DNA of 64,000 bases from a virus. Below are positions 28,301-36,900 of this stretch, one piece after another. The stretch is taken from IMG/VR virus record IMGVR_UViG_3300042691_053485, positions 64,001 through 128,000 of that record; one strand, given 5' to 3'. Under the pieces are notes generated by a model. That model saw only the letters and a list, made by a program, of their open reading frames with translations, was not told where the DNA came from and did no database searches. Numbering within the stretch: position 1 is the stretch's first letter; each line of letters begins with the position of its first letter. Position numbers and translations under genes: made by a program.

Positions 28301-28595
28301 AAGAATGTTACTTTATGCACAACGCTTAATCGAAGATGTAGGATTGCCATTATTGTTTGACCAAAATGATGAAACAGTTCGCCGTAAATTCGAAAGTAAA
28401 GTTAATCCGATTTTGGCTAACATTAGAAATGAGAGAGGTATTTTCGCATTCGAAGTCCAACTCGACCGTTCAAATGAATCATTCAATTCAAATGAAATGA
28501 AGGGTAAAATTGGATTGCAACCGATAAGAACTCTTGAGTATATCAACATAGAATTCGTGCTAACTCCGGCTGGAGCTTCTTTCTCTGAAATTTAA
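25365..28595 (+). CDS. Tail sheath protein
   Basis: PAIKFTETD..T...LGIAGEFPKGRAF; WFAGAGFERG, LYEGRVNPI, GNKTLQ..SALNRINVRRML, LQPIRTLEYINIEFVLTPAG. Confidence 0.95.
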   Translation: MAVNKPNLAPAIKFTETDNTFTTRNFGVTSLGIAGEFPKGRAFTPIAIDTTTLLKQVFGDSNPCKFEGTQQPIYEGVYIAKQFLKESDQLFVSRILGLTGYDAGDAWGISFGAALDPATVATTATQTFSASITYVNGQAGSVTFSNTILQDLYDAGEITDAMLGGVSLTTGETVAVGNKFIGNCEYFVGARFTMDVTARTEQFICITGETSITDTYEVITETQDCIVIYSGGTVTYDSTFVITITNPIVLQNEGNNELTIIPSGVLTIIGGTITHTTDGLTVVNGTIYLPNGDIITGGEYKICDLEGNTAVYDCDTIDGINFTITTGTTLIPTTVTSGVTQQVVSQIPSGLVQLDFTGTVIELSGVPYAQYDNMVVALLRSYAQYNGDEILNFNVFGNQIQIESIDGGVIKPLDDFIIKGTDSSNNSFEYNVSLDKSKSNFIGRVFGNFIPCCKSNLPLYLEELWTSMFDYLYSNELIYCIKPSVCYINTLKDYKEPYQGAMTPWLVSELRGNRVFRLFRFHTFSDGNAANQDVKISITNIRPDAKTFDVQVRAFNDTDKKPVILESFARVTLREQDNNFIGRRIGTVDGNHVLQSKYIMVELAAECLDESFPAGFEGYPVRDYDCMLPPTIVYKTQYNITDRVRQVYLGLNDTLGYDIDMFEYKGKPNDPDLNFWTGTTKGFHLDSSAASVQIDGVGTVEFETGPAAFKNENDLVGTQYEQIIARKFTLMPFGGFDGWDIHRKTRTNTDLYAISGTLGQKGLTSGAFDVYSSENINNGQAVINSDFYAYLEGIKSLSNRLEFRINLLAVPNVNTAENSNLVEETIEMCEQERCDTFYVPTTLDTDVAGQVLRVQDVVGAIDGLFDSSYAGTYFPWGQFLDEVNNVYVWLPPTAEVMRTFALTDKVRRPWFAGAGFERGVTEFKQARKKLTQNEMDTLYEGRVNPISTFKQADGTSPVVIFGNKTLQIADSALNRINVRRMLLYAQRLIEDVGLPLLFDQNDETVRRKFESKVNPILANIRNERGIFAFEVQLDRSNESFNSNEMKGKIGLQPIRTLEYINIEFVLTPAGASFSEI

Positions 28596-29686
28596 TGAAA
28601 CAATTTATAATTGAACAATTACGGTCTATTGAGAAAAATCAAATGAATGAAGATTCTTTTGATTTTTCTCAGGTCGACCAATGGATAGATAGTATGCCCA
28701 AAAGCGAGTTGAATAAGACTCGTAAAGAATTTGCATCTCTTGTAAGTAGTAAATTCGAAGGAGGGTTCAGAAAATATCTCCAAGCGAAGTTGATGAAATC
28801 TAATAAATATGTAGAGGTCATTAAGCTCGTTATCAATTATATGCAAAATAAATCCAAGGAAAATTATAATGCCATCTTTGAATTGATTGGTATTCCAATG
28901 CTTGACTATTTTGTACAAAAAACATTCGGAAAGGATAGTTTTCTTGGGAGAATTAAGCAGATAACACCATTCCTTAAAAAGGTTTCAACAGGTAACGGGA
29001 AATTGGATATGGCAATTTATAATGCCATGGCAGAGGCACTAGAATTGAAAACTGTCAGAGATACATTCGAAAGAGATATGAAGAATGTATTGGATGATAA
29101 AATGGATTCTCTTGAAACTGACCAAGCATTTTGGGACTTTTTTGAGCCAACTCAACAACCGCAACTACCTTCAGGTGATACCAATGAATCGATAAATGAG
29201 GTTTTTGGGATTAATACTGCAATAAAACAAGGAATATCTAATCGACTTGATAGATTGAAAGCGGTCTTTAGTAGCCGAGAAACTAAGAATAAGTTCAAAA
29301 TTTTGGATAGTATTACCAAGTTTATGCCAAACATAAAAACCGACTTGAAAAGAAAGATAAAGGAGCGGTTATTTGACTTAAACTACGATGATATTTCAGA
29401 CATGGTTGAACGCCTCAATGTATCAAAAGCCGCAAAAATTGTGACTCTTCCAGTTATGCAAAATATCATCAAGAATTCTCAGGAATTATACTTTGGAGAA
29501 CCTTCTTTTAATGATTTTATTGATATCGTAAAGGGCGTATTCACAGATAAAGTGGTGTTAGCATCAGTTCAAAAGGGAATTGAAAACTTCCTAAGAGAAA
29601 TGGTTAAAAAGGCGAGAGAAGAACAGCAGAAAAAGGGAGGCTTTAAAACTTCAAAATCAAAATCTTACGACTATGATAGATTGTAG
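28595..29686 (+). CDS. Hypothetical helical protein between sheath and tube
   Basis: 363 aa; QMNEDS and SINEV motifs. Confidence 0.75.
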   Translation: MKQFIIEQLRSIEKNQMNEDSFDFSQVDQWIDSMPKSELNKTRKEFASLVSSKFEGGFRKYLQAKLMKSNKYVEVIKLVINYMQNKSKENYNAIFELIGIPMLDYFVQKTFGKDSFLGRIKQITPFLKKVSTGNGKLDMAIYNAMAEALELKTVRDTFERDMKNVLDDKMDSLETDQAFWDFFEPTQQPQLPSGDTNESINEVFGINTAIKQGISNRLDRLKAVFSSRETKNKFKILDSITKFMPNIKTDLKRKIKERLFDLNYDDISDMVERLNVSKAAKIVTLPVMQNIIKNSQELYFGEPSFNDFIDIVKGVFTDKVVLASVQKGIENFLREMVKKAREEQQKKGGFKTSKSKSYDYDRL

Positions 29687-29855
29687 CAAAATAAGAAAAA
29701 TTACGATTAATGTCATGCTCCCGAATGGTGACATGGTTAAATCGGTAATTTATTTTAACATTGAGACAGGTGACCAATTAACGGAACGCCAAGTCGCAAC
29801 TTGTAACAGTATTGAAGCATTAGACTTCTCTTGTGTGACTATTTGTAATGAATAA
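29673..29855 (+). CDS. Small Cys protein, DCSKIRK family, copy 1
   Basis: Tandem paralogue of the next gene. Confidence 0.7.
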   Translation: MIDCSKIRKITINVMLPNGDMVKSVIYFNIETGDQLTERQVATCNSIEALDFSCVTICNE

Positions 29856-30123
29856 CATGGATTGTAGCAAAATTCGAAAGATAAAAATAAACATCATTGG
29901 AAGTGATGGGGCTATTACAGAATCCAACATTTTTTTTAATGTTGAGACTGGCCTCCAAATTTCTGAAAAGGATGCAGCCAAGTGTACGAATATCCAACCA
30001 ATAGATATTCAATGTGCGACACTTTGTATTCCTGTTGAACCTGTTATCATAGAAAATTGCTGGCAACTACCTGATGAAACCTGTTGGCTTTTACCTGATG
30101 GAGGTGTATGGCTACTTCCGTAA
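29848..30123 (+). CDS. Small Cys protein, DCSKIRK family, copy 2, with WxxP tail
   Basis: DCSKIRKIKIN...FNVETG; C-terminal CWQLPDETCWLLPDGGVWLLP. Confidence 0.7.
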   Translation: MNNMDCSKIRKIKINIIGSDGAITESNIFFNVETGLQISEKDAAKCTNIQPIDIQCATLCIPVEPVIIENCWQLPDETCWLLPDGGVWLLP

Positions 30124-30165
30124 AAAAAAAAACACATGTTTGATATTTATTTTTAAAAAAGAGAT

Positions 30166-30660
30166 ATGGCTAACTTACTTTTAAATGCGCCTTTAAAATA
30201 CGAACCTAAAACTAAGAATAGGTGGCTTTTAGTTTTTCCCGAAGATGTCGGAATTCAATCATGGGCAGTAAAATCTGTTGATGCACCGAAGGTGACTATT
30301 AATAAAAAGGAAATGTCTTTTGTCAATACAAAAACTTACGTAAATACTTCGTATGAGTGGGGTGAAATGAACTGCACAATTAGGGACTTTATTGCACCTT
30401 CACAATCCGAAGCTCTTATGGAGTGGTTTCGCCTACATGCAGAAAGTGTCACAGGTCGTATGGGATACAATGTAGGGTGTGCAAAAGATATTATTTTGGA
30501 GAGTTTAGACCCAACAGGGGTTGTCACTTCGCAATGGCTTTTGAAAAATACAATTATTGTCGGTACGGTGGAATTTGGACAATTAGATTATGGGGATGAT
30601 GAGATTAGAGAAATTTCATTCACAATGCAACCACAATATTGTGTCTTGTTATTTGGATAA
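30166..30660 (+). CDS. Tail tube protein (gp19-like)
   Basis: YEPKTKNRW...W.EM..TIRDFIAPSQSEALMEW.RLHAESVTGRMGY...LDPTG..FG.LDYG. Confidence 0.9.
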   Translation: MANLLLNAPLKYEPKTKNRWLLVFPEDVGIQSWAVKSVDAPKVTINKKEMSFVNTKTYVNTSYEWGEMNCTIRDFIAPSQSEALMEWFRLHAESVTGRMGYNVGCAKDIILESLDPTGVVTSQWLLKNTIIVGTVEFGQLDYGDDEIREISFTMQPQYCVLLFG

Positions 30661-30685
30661 TTTTGAAATACTTAGGCAACATAAT

Positions 30686-30715
30686 AATAAACCTATCGAA
30701 ATCGGTAGGTTTATT
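30686..30715 (+). terminator. Intrinsic terminator
   Basis: AATAAACCTATCGA-AA-TCGGTAGGTTTATT. Confidence 0.75.
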
Positions 30716-30752
30716 TTATTTATATTCAATAGCAAATCATATTAAAATAAAA

Positions 30753-30768
30753 TGTTCCACGTGGAACA
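30753..30768. other. parS: parS centromere-like site
   Basis: Perfect 16-bp palindrome TGTTCCACGTGGAACA, intergenic. Confidence 0.8.
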
Positions 30769-30786
30769 ATAGAAAAAATAATCATT

Positions 30787-31566
30787 ATGCAAATACAAAA
30801 TAACAATCCCTACGAACAATTCGAAGTAAACAGTGAACTAGTTACACTCTCTTCGCGGGGATATTATTATCCTGAAATTGAAGGTAAGCCATTGACAGAA
30901 GTCGAAGTTTTCGACCTTGTCACCCAAGACGAAAATATTCTCCTTTCACCGAAATTAATTGAATCCGGAGAATTGATTAATGTTCTTTTGAAGAAGAAAG
31001 TAAAAACTCCTTATCCAATAGAAAAATTCACGATTGGTGATAGGCTGCAACTTTTGATTTATATCCGGTCAACAATGGATAATATGTACAATGTAGAATT
31101 GATTGACCCCCAAACAAAAAAGCCATTCCCCTATTCAATAAATTTACATGAGTTGAATGAGAAGGAATTGAAAGATTATCCAGACAAAAATACAAAGTTA
31201 TTCGAATATAAGCTTCCAAAGTCTGGAAGACTTGTGAAATTCAGATTGATGACTGGTGAAGATGAAAAAATAATCCAAATGCGGGAGCAACGCGAACAGC
31301 AGCTTCGAAATACCGATGAATCATTTTATAATATTTTCAAAATGGAGCAAGTAATTGTTTCTATTGAGGGTATTGATGAGAAGGATTCTATTGCAAAGAG
31401 TAAGTTCATTCGTGGAATGAATATGAAAGATGGGAGGTTGTTAAACGCTTATATGGATGAGGTTATGCCAAGTATTGATTTGAATGTTGAGGTGACCACT
31501 CCGAGTGGGGAGCGATTTCAAACAAAACTTCCTTTCACCAAAGAGTTTTTTTATCCAACATTATAA
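30787..31566 (+). CDS. Tail assembly chaperone/baseplate hub protein (gp26-like)
   Basis: LSSRGYYY, T.DENILLS, IGDR.QLLIYIR, LPKSGR.VKFRL.TG.D; lies between the tube and tape measure genes. Confidence 0.8.
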   Translation: MQIQNNNPYEQFEVNSELVTLSSRGYYYPEIEGKPLTEVEVFDLVTQDENILLSPKLIESGELINVLLKKKVKTPYPIEKFTIGDRLQLLIYIRSTMDNMYNVELIDPQTKKPFPYSINLHELNEKELKDYPDKNTKLFEYKLPKSGRLVKFRLMTGEDEKIIQMREQREQQLRNTDESFYNIFKMEQVIVSIEGIDEKDSIAKSKFIRGMNMKDGRLLNAYMDEVMPSIDLNVEVTTPSGERFQTKLPFTKEFFYPTL

Positions 31567-31735
31567 TAATGAAAGTGTAGAATTTTATCTTTTACAGCGA
31601 TTATTCCTAGTCAATAAAGGAAAATTTTCCCATAGTGATATTATGCGGATGCCGATTTGGGAGAAAAACTACTATTATGATAAACTGATGGAAATTGAAG
31701 CTAAGCGAACTTCGACTCCTGACGAAAGTGAATAG
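31546..31735 (+). CDS. Chaperone extension ORF (gp51/GT-like), probably reached by frameshift
   Basis: FSHSDIMRMPIWEKNYYYDKL motif; overlaps the upstream gene across a T7 run; no convincing start of its own. Confidence 0.6.
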
Positions 31736-31740
31736 AATTG

Positions 31741-31764
31741 AAAGCCACTTAAAAAAGTGGCTTT
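31741..31764 (+). terminator. Intrinsic terminator
   Basis: AAAGCCACTT-AAAA-AAGTGGCTTT. Confidence 0.75.
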
Positions 31765-31767
31765 TTA

Positions 31768-31775
31768 TATTTATA
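31768..31775 (+). promoter_or_regulatory. TATTTATA putative late promoter (tape measure)
   Basis: Exact motif. Confidence 0.6.
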
Positions 31776-31799
31776 AATGAATTATAAAATATTTTTGAT

Positions 31800-33941
31800 A
31801 TGGATTGGACAGGTTATGGGACCGCGTTTTTAAACACATTATTTAAGGGGGCGGCAGATGGAACAGCAGGCACAGTTCAGCGATTCATTGCCGACAATAT
31901 TATTGGGGGTATTGATGGGGCATTTAAGAAAATCGGATTTGATGTAGATGTTAATCAAAGTGATTTTTATCCGCTTGGTGCAGTAGCTTATTGGGATAAG
32001 ATAATAAAATCTGTTAAAGATGTTAATCAAAATTTAGGTATTTCTGGTACTTTAAGTAAAACTCTTGAGGAAAATTTTAAATTGGCATATTCAGATGCTG
32101 TCGAGATTGGGGCAAATCAAGAGGATGTTGCCAAAAATTACCAGCAATATGTTTCTGAAACAGGTAGGGCAATTGCGATGACATCTAATCAAATGTATAA
32201 TTTGACTGAAATGTCTAAAGTTTTTGGAATGGAATCAACTAAAGTTATTTCAACGTATAATGGGGTCGGTCTTGGAATTTCAGAAAGTACAAAAAGAATG
32301 AAGAGACTTGTAATTGAATCTAATAAAATGGGGCTTGTACCATCTGAAGTGATGAAAGAGCTTAATGCAAATTTAGATGCAATTGATAAATATTCGTTTA
32401 AAAACGGTGTAAAGGCAATGGAAAAAATGGCAAAAAACGCCATTTTAACAAAGGTTTCAATGAAATCTGCACTTGCCCTTTCAGAAAAATTATGGGAAGG
32501 TGGGGTTGAAGGTGCAATTCAGATGGGCGCAGAGCTGCAATTGTTAGGAGGTGAATTTGCGGCGATGGGTGACCCATTTGAACTTTTCTATACCGCAAGA
32601 AATGAGCCTGAAAAGTTCCAAGCCCAGTTAGCAAAAATTGCTTCGACGTATGCAGTTATAAATAAAGAGTCGGGAGAGGTTGAAATAAATGCTCAAGGAA
32701 TGCAAGTACTCAGGGAGGCTGCAAAAGCAACTGGGCAAGACTTTACTGAATTAGCAAAGGCAGGTAAGAATATGCGGAAAGTCATGAATATTGAAGGGCT
32801 TTTTGACGCATCAATTAAAGGGAAGAATGATTTTGATGACATTTTAAATAAGGTTGCAGGCGTTGCAGAGTATGACAAAACCATGAATCAATGGGTTGTT
32901 AGAATGCAACAGGGGGGAAAAGAAGTTGTTAAATCTATTTCGGCATTAACAGAAGGTGATATTGCAAAATTAGACTTAGTTGGCGAGGTGTCTGAGCAGG
33001 ATGTGTTTAAAAGTATAATAAAGTCTAATGAAACCTTATCAGAAACATTACAGCGACTTATTAATACACTTAAAGTGGATATGCTCAGTTCCGCTGATTA
33101 TACTGAGTTTTATTCAATGGCTCAACAGGCTGCCTCAAATATAAAAGAGACCCTTGCACCAATTATTGAGGCATTCAAGACTTTAAATGCTCAGTCTATT
33201 GAAAATATAAAGAAATGGGCAAATCCATTATCTGAAGGAGAATTGGCTAAAACGTTTCAAGGGTTATGGAGTAATGTTACAGATACATTTAATGGTATTT
33301 TTGTTACTGCGGGTAAAATATTTTTAAATATAATTGCAGAATTGGGGAAAACACTTTTAGCAACAATGAAGTATGCTTGGGATTATGGCATATCTAGTTT
33401 ATATAATTCAATTGTTTTACCAATCCTAAAAATTTTTAACAGTTCTGCTGAACCTATGTTAGCACCTGACGCTAGCGAGATTTATAAAGGAATAAGTTTT
33501 TCCGAAGCCATAACAAAGGCATTGCCAGATGTTGCAAAAAGCCTTGTTGGAGAGTTATATTCCGCTAGTGAACGTCAAATGAAATATGAATTTGGTCAAA
33601 TTTTTTCTGGGGAAAGTGAGACAGATAAAAAAAATAAGGAAATTTTACAGCGAAATATTGGTGGATTAGATACAAAAATCCAAGAGAGATTAATCAGCGA
33701 ATATATCAGTGACGATGTAAAAAATCCAACGAAGGGTCCAAAAATCTTAGGAACTGAAAGATTTTACGTGGAAATTAATGGTGAAATTAAAATGGTTTCC
33801 CCTGATGGAAGTGTTAAAAGTATTGGTGCGGCAGAACTTGAAGAGGTTAAAAAGTTTGTGGTAGACGCAATTCAAAAAAATATATCAAGTGGTGGAAAAT
33901 CAACTTCCCCAACAAATGTAACTAAATTACAAACAAGATAG
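31800..33941 (+). CDS. Tape measure protein
   Basis: Helical Ala/Gly-rich sequence, AELQLLGGEFAAMGDPFEL.Y.ARNEPE; follows the chaperones. Confidence 0.8.
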   Translation: MDWTGYGTAFLNTLFKGAADGTAGTVQRFIADNIIGGIDGAFKKIGFDVDVNQSDFYPLGAVAYWDKIIKSVKDVNQNLGISGTLSKTLEENFKLAYSDAVEIGANQEDVAKNYQQYVSETGRAIAMTSNQMYNLTEMSKVFGMESTKVISTYNGVGLGISESTKRMKRLVIESNKMGLVPSEVMKELNANLDAIDKYSFKNGVKAMEKMAKNAILTKVSMKSALALSEKLWEGGVEGAIQMGAELQLLGGEFAAMGDPFELFYTARNEPEKFQAQLAKIASTYAVINKESGEVEINAQGMQVLREAAKATGQDFTELAKAGKNMRKVMNIEGLFDASIKGKNDFDDILNKVAGVAEYDKTMNQWVVRMQQGGKEVVKSISALTEGDIAKLDLVGEVSEQDVFKSIIKSNETLSETLQRLINTLKVDMLSSADYTEFYSMAQQAASNIKETLAPIIEAFKTLNAQSIENIKKWANPLSEGELAKTFQGLWSNVTDTFNGIFVTAGKIFLNIIAELGKTLLATMKYAWDYGISSLYNSIVLPILKIFNSSAEPMLAPDASEIYKGISFSEAITKALPDVAKSLVGELYSASERQMKYEFGQIFSGESETDKKNKEILQRNIGGLDTKIQERLISEYISDDVKNPTKGPKILGTERFYVEINGEIKMVSPDGSVKSIGAAELEEVKKFVVDAIQKNISSGGKSTSPTNVTKLQTR

Positions 33942-36900
33942 ATGGGAACTTTACTATCATTAATTGGAAAAAATAAAAGAGATGACCAGCAAGCTAAAAA
34001 CTTGCCGCCAACTGACGATGTCACTGAAAATGGATTTAGCAGTTACTTAGATAATTATGGTCGCTCAGGTGCTATCGATTATTCAGATGATACAAATATT
34101 GAATCTCCATCAGTGACTGATGTTGGTGATATAGCTTTAAGAGATTTAAAGGAGTTGAATTTAAATCCACCTGACGTTTATGAGCGGGTTGATTTCACTT
34201 ACAATGATGTTTCTGTCATTGACATGCCTGAAATCGATGAGATTTCAGAAGAAATTTATTTAGGATTATCAGTATATAATAAATACGCTACACAGGATTA
34301 TACACCCATAGAAATTTCAAATGCTATTGGGGTTCAGAATCAGTCTGAAAATTATTTAGATTCTATGAATCAGGTGCTTTCAGATTTGGATTCTCGGGGT
34401 AATACTCTTGCTGATATTTTCATTGGGACTTGGAATAAGAATGATTCAAAAATTGGAGTGATAGGTGGGGAAGCTTTGAATAGGGCATTAAATGTTCAAT
34501 TTGCAGATGGTGTCAACAGAAAAATTTTAGGGGTTTTAAACACTAATTTATCGTCACTTTTAAGTGGTGCGAATTTAACGAGGGAAGATTTCAGTATAAC
34601 TGTTCCCAAAAATGCTGTTGCGAGAGCGGCAGAATTTGCAATAAAATTACAAGGAGTTGAACTTCCTTTTTCTTATTTACCACAAGATGCTTTTGGATTA
34701 GAAAGAATTCGAAAGGAAGAACGAGGAAAGGCGACTTATGTTGGTTCTGATTTGAGTATTTCAGAAAGAGTAAATTTGCTTTTAGAATATACAGGAAAAG
34801 CTCAACAGAAGCATCTGTTCAATCTTTTGAAGCTTAACACATATCATTCAAGGATTGAAGGTAGAACCGAGACTCTCGAAGATACAAGCTATATCGGGTA
34901 TGTCGAAGGATTCCAAGATTCTTTAAATGCAAAAGATTTTATTGCCACATACGATAAAATCGTAACAACTGAATATGGTTATTATGAGCCGTATGGAGTT
35001 GTTAGTATTCACAAGAGGGATGTTGTTGGGGAGATGTTTAGTGATGGGTTTAGATGGGTATGGATTGACGACATCAAGGATAGAAATGCTATCGGATGGG
35101 TTAATAAACGAGGTGATTCAGTAAGCCAAGCCATTGATTCAAATCTTGGTAACAATTTTGAACCTAAAAGCTTATTGTGGAAAACACAAGAAATTTTGAA
35201 CGGCTCTTCAGATGTAGGAGCATTTCTTGACTTATCAAAAAAAGAATTTTATGAAGTTATAGATGGCGAAACTTATGTAATCTCAAGAGGAGATAGTACA
35301 ACTGCGTCAGGAGACTATACAGATGATGATGGTACAGAAATCAAGAAGGGTGAATTCTTTAGAGTTTTCACAAAACAAAGGGGGTATAATAAACTCAATA
35401 GAACCTTAAAACATCGAGGGTTAGATAATGGTGACACAAGGAGTGTTTTAAATGATAATGGTCTTGTGAATATTGCCCCTACACGTAGGGTATTAACCGA
35501 TGATGTCATAAAAAGGTATATGTTTTCTTTGGAAAATCTTGCATGGGCAGACCATTTGAATGACCTTCCAGAATGTGAGCAGGGTCCAGGCGACCCTGTA
35601 ACAGGGAATAGAGGTCGGATTATGTGGTTTCCACCTTATAATCTTGAGATAACAGAAAGTGTAAGTGCAAATTATAATGATACTACACTTATTGGTAGAG
35701 GCGAGCCGATATGGACATATAACAATACCACAAGAAGTGCGTCATTATCATTTACAATCATCGTTGACCATCCAGACATAATCCATAATTTAGTTGGTCA
35801 AAAAACGCAATATTGGGAGCGATATTTTAAAGGTGATAAGCTCATTGAGGCTGATGCCAAAGCTAAACAGCAAATATCTAAAAGGCTTTCCCCAAATGAA
35901 ATTGAGGAGATTGAAAAGCGTAAAAAGATTGTTCCTGTAAAAGAGAAGGTAGTCGACAATGTAAAGGTAACTCCTAATGAAAAAAACAATGAAGTAACAA
36001 AAAAAACAAATGAGGATGTAAATGAGAATAAGTATGGAAAACTGATTCTTTCGGTTTATTTTCCGAATTCAGAGTCGATTGTTCCACGTTCCATTTTCAC
36101 TCCAAATAGGACATCCGTTGCCTCGGATTCTGTGCCTGATTTATCGATTAGTTCTAGTGAATTATTCTATAAAAATGTTGGGTACGAAGATGGTGGTATC
36201 GCAAGTGATTTTATTGATAGGTTTACCACCAATGATGGGTATAAAATCCAAACAAGGAGTGGTATAAGGTACTTTAATAAGGCAGGTGTAATTGTAAATA
36301 AAGGTTATACCTATGCAACTTATGGAAATGCTAGGAAACTTATTGACAATAGTTTTCTAGTCTGTAAAGGTGATGTCGATAATGGTCCGATTTATGGTTA
36401 TAAGGATAGGAATAATCTAGGATTAAATAATAAGTTTTACTACGAGTGGCAAAAAGTTTTCAATGATGAGATGGTTCAAAAACTTAAAGATGGAAAAAAA
36501 TTGAAGGTTTCATTTATAGGTAATGCTTCTGCTGCAACTCGTAAATCTCAAAGTACTGAAACTCAATATACAAATAATGAATTATTGTCGAAACAACGTG
36601 CCGATGCAACTAGGAAGTGGTATGAGGAAAATGTTAATAGTCTTTTTAGTGCATTAGGTGTTCCTACCGATGGAGTTTTCATTGATACAAGCTTCCAAGG
36701 TGATTTTCTCGATAGGGTACAGAATATTCTTGGCATCGATGCTTGTGATGAATGTGATGAAACGGACAAGCCTGCATGTAAACAAAGTAGAAGGGTTGAC
36801 ATCTACATAAAGGATATAACTGATGAACTTAACCCTCCTCAACCTATTATACCTTCCGGACAAACCATTGATGATGTGATTGGTGATGAAGAGTATACAC

